NCBI GenBank assembly: GCA_030141605.1
Contig: JAQGDQ010000960.1
Location: 1-64,000, forward strand
DNA: 64,000 bases
Direction of reading: 5' to 3'
Source of the DNA: Tubiluchus corallicola
Taxonomy: Eukaryota; Animalia; Priapulida
How positions within the stretch are numbered: position 1 is the first letter of the stretch; every line of letters starts with the position of its first letter. The position numbers were made by a program, and so were the translations under genes. The notes beneath the pieces were generated by a model. That model saw only the letters and a list, made by a program, of their open reading frames with translations. It did no database searches and was not told where the DNA came from. This document shows, piece after piece, positions 26,680-39,767 of the stretch.

Positions 26680-27480
26680 TACGTCACGCGCTTAGTGGAA
26701 TCACTTCTTACTATAGATGCAATCAACTTTTGCTTACTCCTTTCTAGAAAAACAACTTTGGTCCTCGGTAATTCATCCAAACATTTCGACAACTTTCCGT
26801 TAACAGCTCTGTTAATATTCAGTGCAGTCATTAGAGGCTCATGCTTCTCCGGTTCAGAAGACACTTAGACCACATATTAATCTGGCGTGCTCTTAGCCAC
26901 ACTTTAAATGAAGGATATCCACTTTCTATTTGGACTAGTTCGTTACACGTGCTTGCTCTCACTGATAAAACAGACTTCAACAGTTCTGGATACATTGACT
27001 CTGTTATAGTATACCTCAAATTGGAGTTTCTGGTTTCAACGTTGTAAAAGACGCCAGCCAATAAAGCACTATCCAGGACATTCTTTTTCACCCAGAAAGG
27101 GAAGTCACTGTTTTCGTTCAGAGAAGCATGAAATTTGTGGACATGCTGCTCTTTAGCCTCCAAGTGCTTTGCAGCCATTGTGCTTGCTTTTCCATCAGCA
27201 GCAATTACTGCACCTAGATATACATAATAGAAAGTGTGTTTCACAGCTAATCCATCGACAACAAGCAGCTCTCGATCCAGATTACTGCCGTTAACAACCA
27301 TAAACTCAGTCTTGGTTTTGTTTATATCCATGCCGAAATGAGAACAAAAATCTAACAGGACCCTCAATTTATCCAAACATTGTTGGCGAGCGAGAAGTTG
27401 CCATAATAGCTGTATCGCGTATAAAGAATAATCCATGTAGGTTTTCTAGCCAACCATTCGGTCGTGAATCCTTCAGAGCA
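26680..27480 (-). mobile_element. LINE RT C-terminal fragment
   Basis: LLDFCSHFGMDINKTKTEFMV...YVYLG...LLKSVLSVRASTCNELVQIESG is a typical non-LTR RT thumb region. Confidence 0.75.
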
Positions 27481-28879
27481 CGCACTAGTGGATTAATGTA
27501 CTAAGAAAATAACAAACAACAATTGGGCGATCAATGTTTGTTGTTATTAATAGCACCCGTGAAATGCCTTCTATATTAGGCCTGCGTCACATAGAGAGAG
27601 AGAGAGCCTTAAAGAGCAAGCCATAAACCGTAATCCGTCTTCCATAAGGCGTATGTCGTATGTCGTAATCCACGGTAGGGTCCTTGCTCCGTGTAACTAG
27701 CAAAGCGTTTTGCCATAATTACGAAACAAACACTTAATATGTATACAAATTAATATGATGTGTTCTTAATTTCAAGTTGTCGGCTTGTACATAAGTCGGT
27801 GTTTCAACCACGACGGCGACTATAATGACAATGGCGACAGTGCTACACAAAACGAGATGGAACTCGAATTGATCTTGGAACACACTTCGCTATTTATATT
27901 GTTAAAAGACAAGAAAACGGATGCGTGAAATAGGTTTAAAAAATTTCTTTAAAATTATATTAGTTTACAACAAGTCAGCGAATTTTTCAAACTAGTGAAA
28001 CGCTAATTTATTATCATAACCTACGCAAAATATCTGAATAAGACTTTCATTTGAGGACGTAAATATAATTTAGCCAGAAGTGTTGAGAACTACGCCAGTG
28101 TGGGATATCTCGACTTAAAGTGCCCTGTTTGCATGGATCTGCCCTTGCAAACTGGTTCTTGAATGTAAACGTAGTGTTAAATTTGCATCCTCATCAATTA
28201 CCCATTTAATGGTCATTCAAGCCTATAGTATAGCTTGTATCCTGCCTAACTGTCTATATAATTAGCTGAATTAGCTTCCTTCATAGCTCTAGATAAATAT
28301 ATAATAATTTTTGCATGCCCAAACCCTAGCTAGGCAGGAGTAACATAGCGAAAACAATCGCTATGTTCCTCCTTTGCTCTTTATCAAGGATGACCGTGGC
28401 CACAGCATAATATGAATGTCTAAAGACTTTTTGTATTAGACTTAACCTATACATTTAATGTAATCATGTCATACTGTAATTTCTTTTCTCTTTACTAAAA
28501 CGTAGCTTTTATATAATAGACCAGTAAACATTTATTTACTAAAAATGTACTAATCACTTTTGTTTCATCGTCATTGTCAATATTATTATTGTAAAAATGT
28601 AATATTCATCAATAATTATGCGCATATTTTAATTACTTGATCTTGTTTCCGATATAAAAGTAAAAGCACATATATTGCAACAAATTAAACTCAATTCAGT
28701 ATTTGTTTGCATCGAACATGCGAAAGTAATTGAATTCGCGGCTTTCAGAGATTCAAACTTTTTAAAAAAACCTAAAAAGTTAAAATCATGCATCATGGTA
28801 TGATATATGCTATGACCATTCCACAAACATAATTTACTTGTCTGTTAAAACTGTTAAAACGAAAGAAATATATGACATG

Positions 28880-30022
28880 TATTGTCTTCATTTCATGTAT
28901 CAGTATCATAATTCAGTTCTTCCACCAGCTTTTCAGTCATACTTTAGTCCAGTTTAAAATCAACACGATCATTACACAAGATATTTAGTCGGAAACTATG
29001 TACACCCTCTTCCAAAAACAAATATAATGAAACAGTCATCAAGATATAATGCTACTAAAATATGGTCGTCAATTCCGTGTGAAATGAAAACTCTTAGTCT
29101 TTATCGATTTAAAAACGCATCAAAGAATTACTTACTACAAAGGTATAATTAACTCACAATTTTACTCATCCAGATCTTTTTAAAGCACAAGCACCCTCCA
29201 CTTACATAAAGCTTAAAAAATTCGTCTCGAAATTTTATACCACTTACGTACTGTCTTTTTGCACGCAGGGCTTGCATCTGCAGCAACGATGTATAAAACG
29301 TGTAAATTTAAACTCCCGTGATGACCGTTTGGCGCAGCCATTTTAATAGTAGATCGTTTGAAACAAGTTTTGATAACCTTAAGTAAAGTTTGAAAAAATG
29401 ATCAGAGCATTCGTAACATACATGTCGCTAATCAAGTAAAATTTTAAATTACTGTATCTTGTCAATAAGATTAAGAATACGTTTTTCGCTAGTGAGTGGT
29501 GCACCCTGGAGGCGAGTCAACGATATTTTACCAATTGGAAGTCTTTCCAGCAGGTAAGTGAAATGCTAAGTAATAGATTTGCATGAAAAGTTTTTTGGCT
29601 CATAATTCAACATTTCATTTTCTTTCCTTGATTATATATGCAATGGCGCAGTCGGAACAGTATTGTGGGAGATTTAAAATGAAAACAAACAAAAATCCTT
29701 ACAACAACGCAAATACGATACACGCATAAAATTGCTGTAAACTAGTATAATTTTTTAAGTCGATTTTTCTGAAACCTACTTCAGGTGCCGCTTTTCTTGT
29801 CCTTTAAGTTACTAACAAAACTTATTTTGTTCTAATGTACTTTATAACTGATGAAAATACTATGTAATGTTAATTGTCAATTGTTCCTCTTGTCTGGAGG
29901 AGGACTCGAAAGCATAATGCTCCTTCCTCCTCCTCACAGTGATTCGTTTATTTTATTTTATTATGTAATAACAATTTCTAAGTATGTTTATGTGTTGCTG
30001 TGGAATAAATTCATAATTCATA
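28880..30022 (+). mobile_element. Crack/L2-type LINE 3' end interrupted by MITE-B
   Basis: IWSSIPCEMK...FKNASKNYLL ORF2 terminus, 3' stem-loop gaggaggactc...cttcctcctc, AATAAA and short-repeat tail. Confidence 0.55.
29184..29803 (-). mobile_element. MITE family B nested in a LINE tail
   Basis: TTAA|AGCACAAG ... CTTGTCCT|TTAA. Confidence 0.88.
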
Positions 30023-30293
30023 ACATTAAAAACATTCAATTCACCGTTTGTGTTTCCAGTACTAAAAATTTTTAAAAGCGTTTTCGACAACAAGCATAAT
30101 GATATTAAATTGATACCCATTGCCTGATTATGTAATAACTATACCATGATTATGACGGGTTTTTAAATTGTCCATTTTTGCATGAAAGCCACATTAGCCA
30201 CTAATTGGTGAATTCTGTGTTTGAAGATTGGATAAAGTTTTTCCCTTAGAATGCTCACCCATGTAAATTTAATGTGAGCACGAGCATGCTTAA

Positions 30294-30913
30294 ATGAAGA
30301 CAGGATGATTTTTCATATACCCCATTTTCAAGTCCGATAGAAAGTATGCGTTTTAACATAATTAATACTGCAAAAGCGTTTCTGGTAATTAAGTAATAGA
30401 TTGAAAACATAATTAACGGCGGGGTCGAACCCAACTGTTGATGACATCACAAACTAACATTGTTTTCAGTAGCAAAAATATTCTACAAGCGTGTTGTACG
30501 TGTTTGCGAAAGCGAAAATTGAAGTACAGTGCTACTGTAAGATATTCAGTTCGTTGTACTAAAACTAAGCAAGTTTCAAGATAAAAATTCAGATTTAAAA
30601 TTTACCGCTGTGCTCACGCATGAGCTGTCGAACGTGTGCAGTTCGTCACAAACTAACACATTTGAACTGAAAAGTATAGCACCTGTTTTTGTGCAATGCG
30701 TTTTCGAAATTCAGGCGCTAGTACCCGTCTAACTAGCGAATAGCGAAATGCATGTAACAGCGACGAACTAGTGGCGCGAAAGTGAATTTGTGTTTGCGTG
30801 GTAATAATTCTTTCACGTAAGACATTTTTGAAAAAAAAATAGTATGTTTCCTTTCAATATTTTAAAGATCAAATTGTTTTGACCTACAGTTTAAGCTTGA
30901 GTATGGTTTTCCT
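30294..30913 (-). mobile_element. MITE family A (Kolobok-like, TTAA TSD), full copy
   Basis: TTAA on both sides. Family termini are an imperfect TIR, AGGAAGACAGG / AGCAAAACCGG. At least 8 related copies in the window. Confidence 0.85.
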
Positions 30914-30917
30914 TTAA

Positions 30918-31394
30918 ATATCTTAGCTTATATTCTACATTCAACAAATCTCTTGACTTTTACATTCAGTACGATGATTAATCGACTTTCCGCTTATCAA
31001 TACGTAGCGCTGGCTTCCCTGTACGATCACTGCACACACGCAGAGAGAGAGAGAGACGACCCGCATACCTCACAACTGCTGCAGCTTCACTGTTATCTCG
31101 CCGAAAGATGCAGAACAGCGTGGATAATGCTGACTGATGATGCTGACGACAGTTCAGTGTGAAGCCATGCGCGCTGTGACTTTCGCGTGGCATTGTTCGC
31201 TAGCAATGGCCATGGCAGCGATAATTACGCTTTGAGTCAAGAATCGTCAGGCAGAAAAGAAGCTTTGAGCAGATTTCGATGAAACGCAATTATCATAAGA
31301 TTCGTTAGAAAGATCATGGTGACGTTACTGCCTTCCTGGAGTAATTTCCTGGAGTAACTTCTTCGCGGTATGAAATGAGGAAGCCCGTCGAAGG
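30918..31394 (+). promoter_or_regulatory. Probable Dscam core promoter and 5' UTR
   Basis: Locally GC/CpG-enriched unique sequence with a (GA)n tract, directly upstream of the signal-peptide ATG. Transcription start not determinable from sequence. Confidence 0.45.
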
Positions 31395-31440
31395 ATGGAA
31401 GCAACTGGTGTAATTCTTCCTCTCTTCTTTGCCATTTTAC
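31395..31440 (+). CDS. DSCAM: Dscam putative exon 1, signal peptide (MEATGVILPLFFAIL)
   Basis: aggATGG start context, hydrophobic 15-mer, consensus donor C|GTAAGT, phase 1. Splicing to 49943 gives MEATGVILPLFFAILHISSSNNDRRGPTF. Confidence 0.75.
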
Positions 31441-31524
31441 GTAAGTACATTACACTTAGTGTTGTAAGGTAATCAGTCACGGAAGAATAGAACCACCAGT
31501 ATTAGTTCAGTGTTATGAACTTAA

Positions 31525-32129
31525 AGGAAGACAGGATGATTTTCCAGTTACTACCCAATTTTCAAGTCCGATAAAAAGTATCCATTTTAACACACTTAAT
31601 ACTGCAAAAACGTTTCTGGTAATTAAATAATAGATTAAAAAGTTCATTAACGACAGACGAGCCCAACTATTGATGACACCGCAAATTAACGTAATTTTCA
31701 ACAGCAAAAATATTCCACGAACATGTTGCACGTGTTTGTGAAAGAGAAAATTGAAGTACAGTGCTACTGTAAGATATTCAGTGTGTTGTACTAAAACTCG
31801 GCAGGTTTTAATATAAAAATTTAAATTTAAAATCACTCATGAGCGGTCGAACGTGTGCAGTATGTCACAAACTAACACATATGAACTGTGAGATACCCCA
31901 CCTGCTTTTTGTGCAATGCGTTTCCGAAATGCAGGCGCAGGTGCCCGTTTAACGATGAATGTTGAATATCGAATGATGAAATGTACGTAACAGCGAAGAA
32001 CTAGTGGCGCGAACGTGAAATTATGTTTCTGTGACAATAATTATTTCATGTAAGTCTTTTGTTTTCGTTCAATGTTTTAAACAGTAGATTGTTTTGACCT
32101 ACATGTTTATGATTGGGCCCGGTTTTGCT
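31525..32129 (-). mobile_element. MITE family A, full copy
   Basis: TTAA|AGGAAGACAGG ... CCGGTTTTGCT|TTAA. Confidence 0.9.
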
Positions 32130-32867
32130 TTAAAACTATTTAGGACTGACTATAGTGACGTGTTGTTATTTACATTCAATAATTAACAATTAATGTTAAC
32201 TAAAGTTCTCACTGGATTAATCTCTTGGCAATTTTTTATCCATTCTATTTCATTTACGTCTGCAAAATATTCTCATATCTGTAGCTTTTCTACATTATGC
32301 CAGACGAACACGACGTAGCAGAATATTATACACATTTATCATTAGCCTAACAGGAATATATACATACATATATATATACAATATACTATACGTTATATAC
32401 TATATACATATGTAAATTTAGTAAATTTATTGACTTCCAAAATACAATACACGGGGTAAAGCATAACATGTGTATAGAAATATTCTAAATGCTAGACATA
32501 AGTATCTTCCTGTATTATCGATAAAAACACAATTCTCTAATCAGAGCTTCATGGGTAAAGACTCTTATTCAAAATTTATTCTTTGCTTTTTTCTCGGGTA
32601 TGTCTGCGCCATGCATTATCTAGCAGTGAAGCGCCACCTGTTTTTAGATGTTTGCCGTGATTTATTCTGCCGTTGACAGACGAAAACAATGAATAGGAAC
32701 TGAACTAAATTCTTTTAGCGAAGGAATTTAGGAATTTATTCGTTTTTCGCTACCGAGGAAACAATTTTGCTAAAAACAAGCAAACATTTTTCAAGGGAAA
32801 ATTTGCGTCGTGCAGCAATAAGTCTTTTCACTGTTTTGTTGTGCGCACGCGTAGTTGCTGTAGCTCA

Positions 32868-33692
32868 AAGTTTCGGTAAGCATTTTGAGTGCAGTTTCGG
32901 TAAACATTTTTTGTCAAATTTTGGTAAGCATTTTGTGTCAATTTTTGGTAAGCATTTTGTGTCAAGTTTCGGTAAGTATTTTGTACGAAGTTTCGGTAAA
33001 CATTTTGTGTCAAATTTCGGTAAGCATTTTTTGTGAAGTTCTGTAGACATTTTGTGTCAAGTTTCGGTAAGCATTTTTTGTGAAGTTCTGTAGACATTTT
33101 GTGTCAAGTTTCGGTAAGCATTTTGTGTGGAGTTTCAGTAAGCATTTTGTGTGAAGTTTCAGTAAGCATTTTGTGTCAGGTTTCGGTAAGCATTTTGTGT
33201 GAAGTTTCGGTAAGCATTTTGTGTCAAATTTCGGTAAGCATTTTGTGTCAAATTTTGGTAAGCATTTTGTGTCAAATTTCGGTAAACATTTTGTGTGAAG
33301 TTTCGGTAAGCATTTTGTGTCAAATTTCAGTAAGCATTTTGTGTCAAATTTTGGCAAGCATTTTGTGTCAAATTTTGGCAAGCATTTTGTGTCAAATTTT
33401 GGTAAGCATTTTGTGTCAAATTTTGGCAAGCATTTTGTGTCAAATTTTGGCAAGAATTTTGTGTCAAATTTTGGCAAGCATTTTGTGTCAAATTTTGGTA
33501 AGCATTTTGTGTCAAGTTTAGGTAAGCATTTTGTTTCAAATTTCGGTGAGCATTTTGTACGAAGTTTCGGTAAGCATTTTGTGTGAAGTTTCGGTAAGCA
33601 TTTTGGGTCAGGTTTTGGTAAGCATTTTATGTCAGGTTTCGGTAAGCATTTTATGTCAGGTTTCGGTAAACATTTTGTGTCAGGTTTCGGTA
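32868..33692. repeat. 24-bp minisatellite, about 34 copies
   Basis: Unit tttcggtaagcattttgtgtcaa(a/g). Confidence 0.98.
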
Positions 33693-34122
33693 ATTACGAT
33701 AAAGCATCAGTCGGCTAAAGCATGCAGTAGTTTTATAGGTCAGCTGAGCTTCGAAAGCCGTCACACACCGAATTCTTTTCCTGTCGTTTTACATTAAGTT
33801 GATTAATGAACGGGTTTTTCCCTGCAAACACACACATTATGACGTTCGCGTGTTTGCAGCTGCCGTGTGATAATTAACAGCGTTAGCGCAATAAAACATT
33901 CGACTGCTTAGGATGATGTATGATGATGCATAATTTAAAATTATCGACATTATGCTGTATATGCTCAGTACAGGCTGTGTGATTTAGTTGGTTTGAATGA
34001 GAACTTGGTCTAGGTACCCGTAATTATTGTTATAAAGCTTTTTTCACAAGTTCTTCAAACTAGCTGTTAAAGAATTGAATTATCCATATTTGGCAAATAA
34101 GTGTAACAGCATCAAAATGGTT

Positions 34123-34570
34123 TTTATTGCCGACCGGTCTCGAACAAAACTTTTCCTAATCAAGGCTTCTGAAATAAAGAAATTTACCAGAATATACAAA
34201 CAACATTGAAATACAATTCGGTAATTAGATAGCCAAAAGAGATGTGAAATAAGATTATATAGATAATTTAGCAATTTACCTTACAGATTACATATTTTGA
34301 TTGGTAGTAACAAAATGGCAGCTTCCTAATGTTGACAGTTCTGTTACTACTAACATAATTGTTTGTTTGTTTGTTTGTTTGTAGGGTGTTACATACCAAT
34401 CAAGATATGTAATCTGTAAGGTCAATTGTTAAAATATCTATGTAATCTATATATCTTTTGCCTATCTAACTACTGAATTGTATTTCGATGTTGTTTGTAA
34501 ATTCTGGTAAATTTCTTTGTTTTAGATGCCTTGATAATGAAAAGTTTGTTCAAAACCAGTCGGCAATAAA
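34123..34570. repeat. Foldback inverted repeat (arms about 34123-34311 and 34388-34570)
   Basis: TTTATTGCCGAC...GATTGGTAGTAACA is mirrored by TGTTACATACCAATC...GTCGGCAATAAA; loop about 75 nt. Confidence 0.9.
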
Positions 34571-34652
34571 TTCCACTTTTACTGTTAATAAATTTTACTG
34601 TTAAAGATTTTGTAACTAATGAAACAGCGAAGTAGCTTCCACTGCATTCATT

Positions 34653-35136
34653 CAGTGTTGGATTAAGGCATGTGCTTTATGGAGTGCAGTACAGGGGCCT
34701 CCGGCAGCTGAAGGGCCTCCAGAGATTAAGTGAAATTAATTTACTGTGAAAAGTTGTTAAAGAATTAGTGTACGACTATGCTGAATTATGTCTTTAAGAA
34801 GAGTTCAATTAATTCATATGCTATATAATTATACATTGGAATTGTTTTCTCGTTCATTGGTACTGCCACAACAGTAATTTATTTATTGTAATTTGTACAT
34901 GTTATATTTAATATTTCAAAAACTTGTTTTAATTTTGTAAATATTAGAAAATCTCTTCTATTTTTCTTGTGTTAGACTTACTCCCATCACTGTGGGCCTA
35001 ATGTTGGCATTATGTTGTAGAAGTTGAATAAACTGATTTGAAGATTTCAACACACACGCTTTTGCTAATGTCACTGGTGGCCGGGGCCTCACAGTTGTTG
35101 TAGTCCAGGAGCGCACAAAATAAAAATCTGGCCTTG
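34653..35136. mobile_element. hAT-like MITE
   Basis: CAGTGTTGGATT ... AATCTGGCCTTG with 8-bp TSD CATTCATT / TATTCATT. Confidence 0.65.
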
Positions 35137-36559
35137 TATTCATTACAAAACAAAGTTACTTGACATGTGTGTAAAGCAAAGCCTTCTGCCGCATCAATTC
35201 AGTAACGTCACTTGCTTTACGCGAACTTTACTTAATTATGTGTTAGTCTGTACGTAGAGTGATTTACTAGCAGGATTTTGCTTGGAAACAAGAAAAAATG
35301 AACTAGGTAAGGTTGTAGCTAGCTGTTAAAACTGTTAAAAAGCAGCATGGGCTGCGGGGCATTGTCAGCTGTATACAAATGCGTCGTCTGGTAGACTTTA
35401 ACCTTTGACCTTTTCAGCGGCTGCCTACGCCATGACACCTACCCTATATGTTATTGGTCGTTTGTGTGGTCGCTTTCTTACTTTTATTGCTGGTGAAAGT
35501 CGCTAAATAGCCGTTAGTGCTAATGTTGTCTGTTAAACGGGGTGCCATTAAATAAATGCTGTCTTTGTTGTTTTGTCTTTGTTTTACTGTAACACGTAAC
35601 GATGGTGATTATGAAAATAATGTTGATCGTGATGATGATGATGGTGGTGGCGATAATGATGTAAGTAGTGGTAGTACTGCTGTAACGTTGTAAAAAGGAA
35701 TGCCAGCAAAGAGCAAATACGGACAGTAAATTTCATTAAAAAAGTTATATGAGCTTTAGAACTAGAACGTAATTGTTTTGATTTTTTGACAGGAATGAGA
35801 CAGGTATGAGTAACATACAAACATATGTTACTCTCACTTAATTGTATATATTCACGGTGCTTACTAATCTTATTAAGTAATGTTATTTTAATTGTTGAGC
35901 TCTTTTATGTGATTGTACCACGAGTACGAATAAAAAATGATATATATATATAAACCTACCGCGAATTATGGCTGACGGTTTACGGATTATTATTACGGCA
36001 AATGAATTATCTATGTGACATGGACCATTGGTAAGCGTAAGCCTACGTCCATTTTTCATGAAACGGCTTTTTCTCTTCACGGCTTACGCCTTACGGATTA
36101 TGTCCAGCTCCGTGTGACAAGGGCCTTATGGGTAAACGTTTTGTGATATGCAGTTCACATTACTTACCATAATGCCAGTTGTACATCAACTTTACAAGTC
36201 TCATTCAAACAGCCTTGAGCATTTTTAGTTTCACACAGACAGTAGTCAGCTTTTCAACGTTGAGCAGAATTTAGGAGTTTCTGAATTTGTAGAATTTGCC
36301 GTGAAGCAAGTGAATTAGTCGAGTCGTTACTGTCCTGATGAAGTAGACGTAAGCCTAATTACACGAGTTTGTCGCCTAGCAAAACGCAGCCAGAATTCGA
36401 ATTAAAGTCTAGAGTGGCATGTATGGAAAAAAGGCGTGCCAGTGAGAAGAGACAATTGTGTGGGATCGTGGTTTCCCTGTCAGGGTATCTCTTCTTAGTA
36501 CTGACGCCATCAATAATTACAACAGTTTAGTTTAGATCCTTAGAACCTTAGTTTTGATA

Positions 36560-36938
36560 AGCCTTTTTCACAGCGCCAGCGATTGATGATGATCGTGAAA
36601 AGGTCAAAGGTTAAGTGCACCAGACAACGCATTTGTGTGCACTTGACAGCGCCTCGTACCCCATGCTATTGTAAATAGTAACAGTTTTAACAGCTAGCTA
36701 GAGCTTTACCTAGTTCATTTTTTCTTATTCCAAAGCGAGATCCTGCTAGTAAATCATTCTACGCTCAGACTAATGAATAGATAAACAAAGTCCACGCACA
36801 AAAACTGAAGTTACTGAACTGATGCGGCAGACGTCTTTACTTTGCACACATCTCACGTGACGGTGTAGTTAAGACGTGTTGCGGTGGTCCACTTAACTTT
36901 TGACCTACAGCAATTGCGCGTGCGCAGAACGAAAGGCT
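36560..36938. mobile_element. MITE family C
   Basis: TA|AGCCTTTTTCACAG ... GAAAGGCT|TA. Confidence 0.85.
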
Positions 36939-39767
36939 TATTATAACATAAAAACTATGGGCAGGTCAATCTGTTTATTACATTCGTGAATGTCACCCTC
37001 ATAAATAAGTCATAAATGATATGGAGAGTGCATAGTGCGTGATTTTCATATTTTATCTGCTTGCATTTTCAGCAAAATGTCGTAGTAAATTATTAGCAAT
37101 TACAGCCTCAGATTGAACTGCTGGAAATAAACGTTCTGAAAGCCCTTGATTCGTTTCATTTATAGGAGTCCATTATGCAGTTTGAATTTGATTTAGTTAA
37201 TCGGCCCCACTTTTCTCTGTCTGATGCATGTTGCTGAATTTATTATTATTGATTTATTTTTTATTATTGATCTTAGTGCAAAAATTAATTAATTAAAGAA
37301 AGCTTCAAGCATTCATGCACTGGGGCTAATACGGCAAAAAATTGTGTGGTTCAAACTGTCTGACGCAAACCATCTATTTATTTATTTATTTATTCATAGT
37401 AATTTTTTACGATGGTGACTATTTCAGTGCAAATATATACAAGTTCCTATATACAAACAATGTTATATACAAACATTGCTATACACATACGATACGATAC
37501 GATACGGTTCGATACGATATGATATGATATCTTACAATATGATACAATACAAACAATTTTTTATATGTATATTGCATATATATTTTATGTATATATAATA
37601 TAAAAAATGTTTGTATTGTATTGTATATATATATATATATACCAATTTATATATATTATATGTGTTATATTTGCATTGTGAAAACATATTATATATAAAT
37701 TGGTATATACAAACAAGGCAAACATAATATATATAAATTGGTATATACAAACAAGGCAAACATAATATATATAAATTGTTATATACATACAATGTTTGTC
37801 TAGTTTGTATGTATTTACGAAATAAAAAATAAAGAATTATCAGTATCACCCTCAGTGCTTAGCACTGCTTTCCAAGGAAGCCCTCTGTCATTTACAAAAA
37901 TATACATACAGATCTGTACATTTCTTTCCTGTAGTTTCATTATTACAAGACCTGTGTTTATGATTCTGTAACAGAATAAAATGTGATTATCAAGTCACTA
38001 TAGCATATAAAGACACTTAAAATAAAGTTAATTACAAAATAAGTAAAGAACGAGACATAGAACTGTAACTTATGTCTGATATTAGGCTATTCGGTACAAG
38101 AATAGCAAATCTTTTGAAAGAATGTAAAGATGCTGGGAATTTCATGTAATTTGGAAGAATATTCCAAAGCATACCTCCTTCGTAATAAAACGTTTACTTC
38201 TCATGCTCACTCAAAATTTGGAAATGCGTGACAGTTTTTGAATGAAGGAACTTGTGCAACGTGCAACACCGTAAACATTTACTAGACGACAAGTGATAAA
38301 GCGATTCCTGGTCTGACCTGTGAGGATCAAATTGTTGTGTCGAGCCCGCACACGGGAGGAGGATGTTTGTCATAATAAAAGCCTGTGTGCGACAAAGATG
38401 GAAAAAAGCGCTACCGAACGCGCACACGAGCAAAAATCAGTGTCAGACAAGTTGTTGAAGATTTGTCTCGTATGCGTGGGTGTAACTGTGCACACGCACA
38501 AGTGCAACACATTTCACGCGCTTATCAAATATCTTACAATGATGCACGAACGCTTCACATGGTATCCATTAGCTTTGCGTAAAGTTATTGATGTGAACTT
38601 CAAATTTATTAGACGCTTGAGATGTTTTTACGTTGTTTTCTACAGGAAAAGCATTGCCGTAATAATGCAACAATTTGACCAACAGTCCCACCACCACCAT
38701 TAAATTTTCGAGTGTTCAAACTATGGCATACACAGAACACTATTATTGGATCAGCTCTGTTATTATCAACACATAACTCAAGAATTACACGCCAACAACC
38801 ATAGATAACTAATAGGATGATGTACATTGATAATTGTTTCTGGTATCACTTCTGCACTCTGTGAGCTGTGTATATTTCAATTTTAAGTGTTAACTAATGA
38901 ATTACTCGTGTTTTTGAACTAATTATGTATGTAACTATAATCTTGATAACCAGTTGTATATATCTGTTCTTAACAAGTTGTTGCACAGTGGAAAAACTCC
39001 GTATAGTAGTATTACTGCATGTCTATCCACTTAAAATAAAGTTTCTACATATATATTAGCATCGCCGTTAGCTTGTGTATTGTCATTTTTTGTCGTTTTT
39101 CAATTTAAGTATGTTTTGATTTTTCGAGGATTCATAAAATCGTTGTGAACTGTCTGATTCCATTCTACAATAAATAACTTTTAAACTGACGTCTCGCCGA
39201 ATTTTGTCTGATGAAGCTGAATAACGGCGGCAGATTACGCTTCTAATTAATAAGTTGTGACGTTTGTCTTAATTAGACAGCGTCCTTGCATTTTATTAAT
39301 TTTATCTTCTTGTTGCAACGCGAGTCCGTCGGGAAGTAAAACATTTGCAGTGAAAAACTTCATGAATAACCAATGCTTTTATGTCAATAATAATCTGCTT
39401 GAATAAAGGAACGTTTGGCGTCGGTTATTGCTCTGTGCACGGCACAAATGTGTAGCGTGCATCTTCAAATATAACTTTACAGCAGACACCTGACAATATT
39501 GTCTGCAAATGTATACATCTCTGACGTATGCAGGATTGTAATCCGGAAAAATCATTAGAATTTGTATGCAGGAAAAATCCCGTGAGATTTTTTATTGAAT
39601 AAATGTGTTGGGCGTATCGTAAAATGTAACATTTTAACATCGCAACAGGTATGCTTAGGAGTATTTGGGTTTAATTGTGCCTAGTGTGGGCGAACAGATA
39701 GCTAAGTGGGCATGATATGTTTTGCCGCCGAAGTCACGCAATGCTGGTTTTAGTTAGTAAATGGACA

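Noticed and set aside
36330-36390. CTGATGA motif suggestive of a Penelope-type hammerhead
   Set aside because: No correctly placed GAAA and no convincing stems.
38194-38827. Overlapping short ORFs in a CpG-richer part of Dscam intron 1
   Set aside because: No recognisable domain or phase-compatible splice sites; may be regulatory but cannot be supported from sequence.
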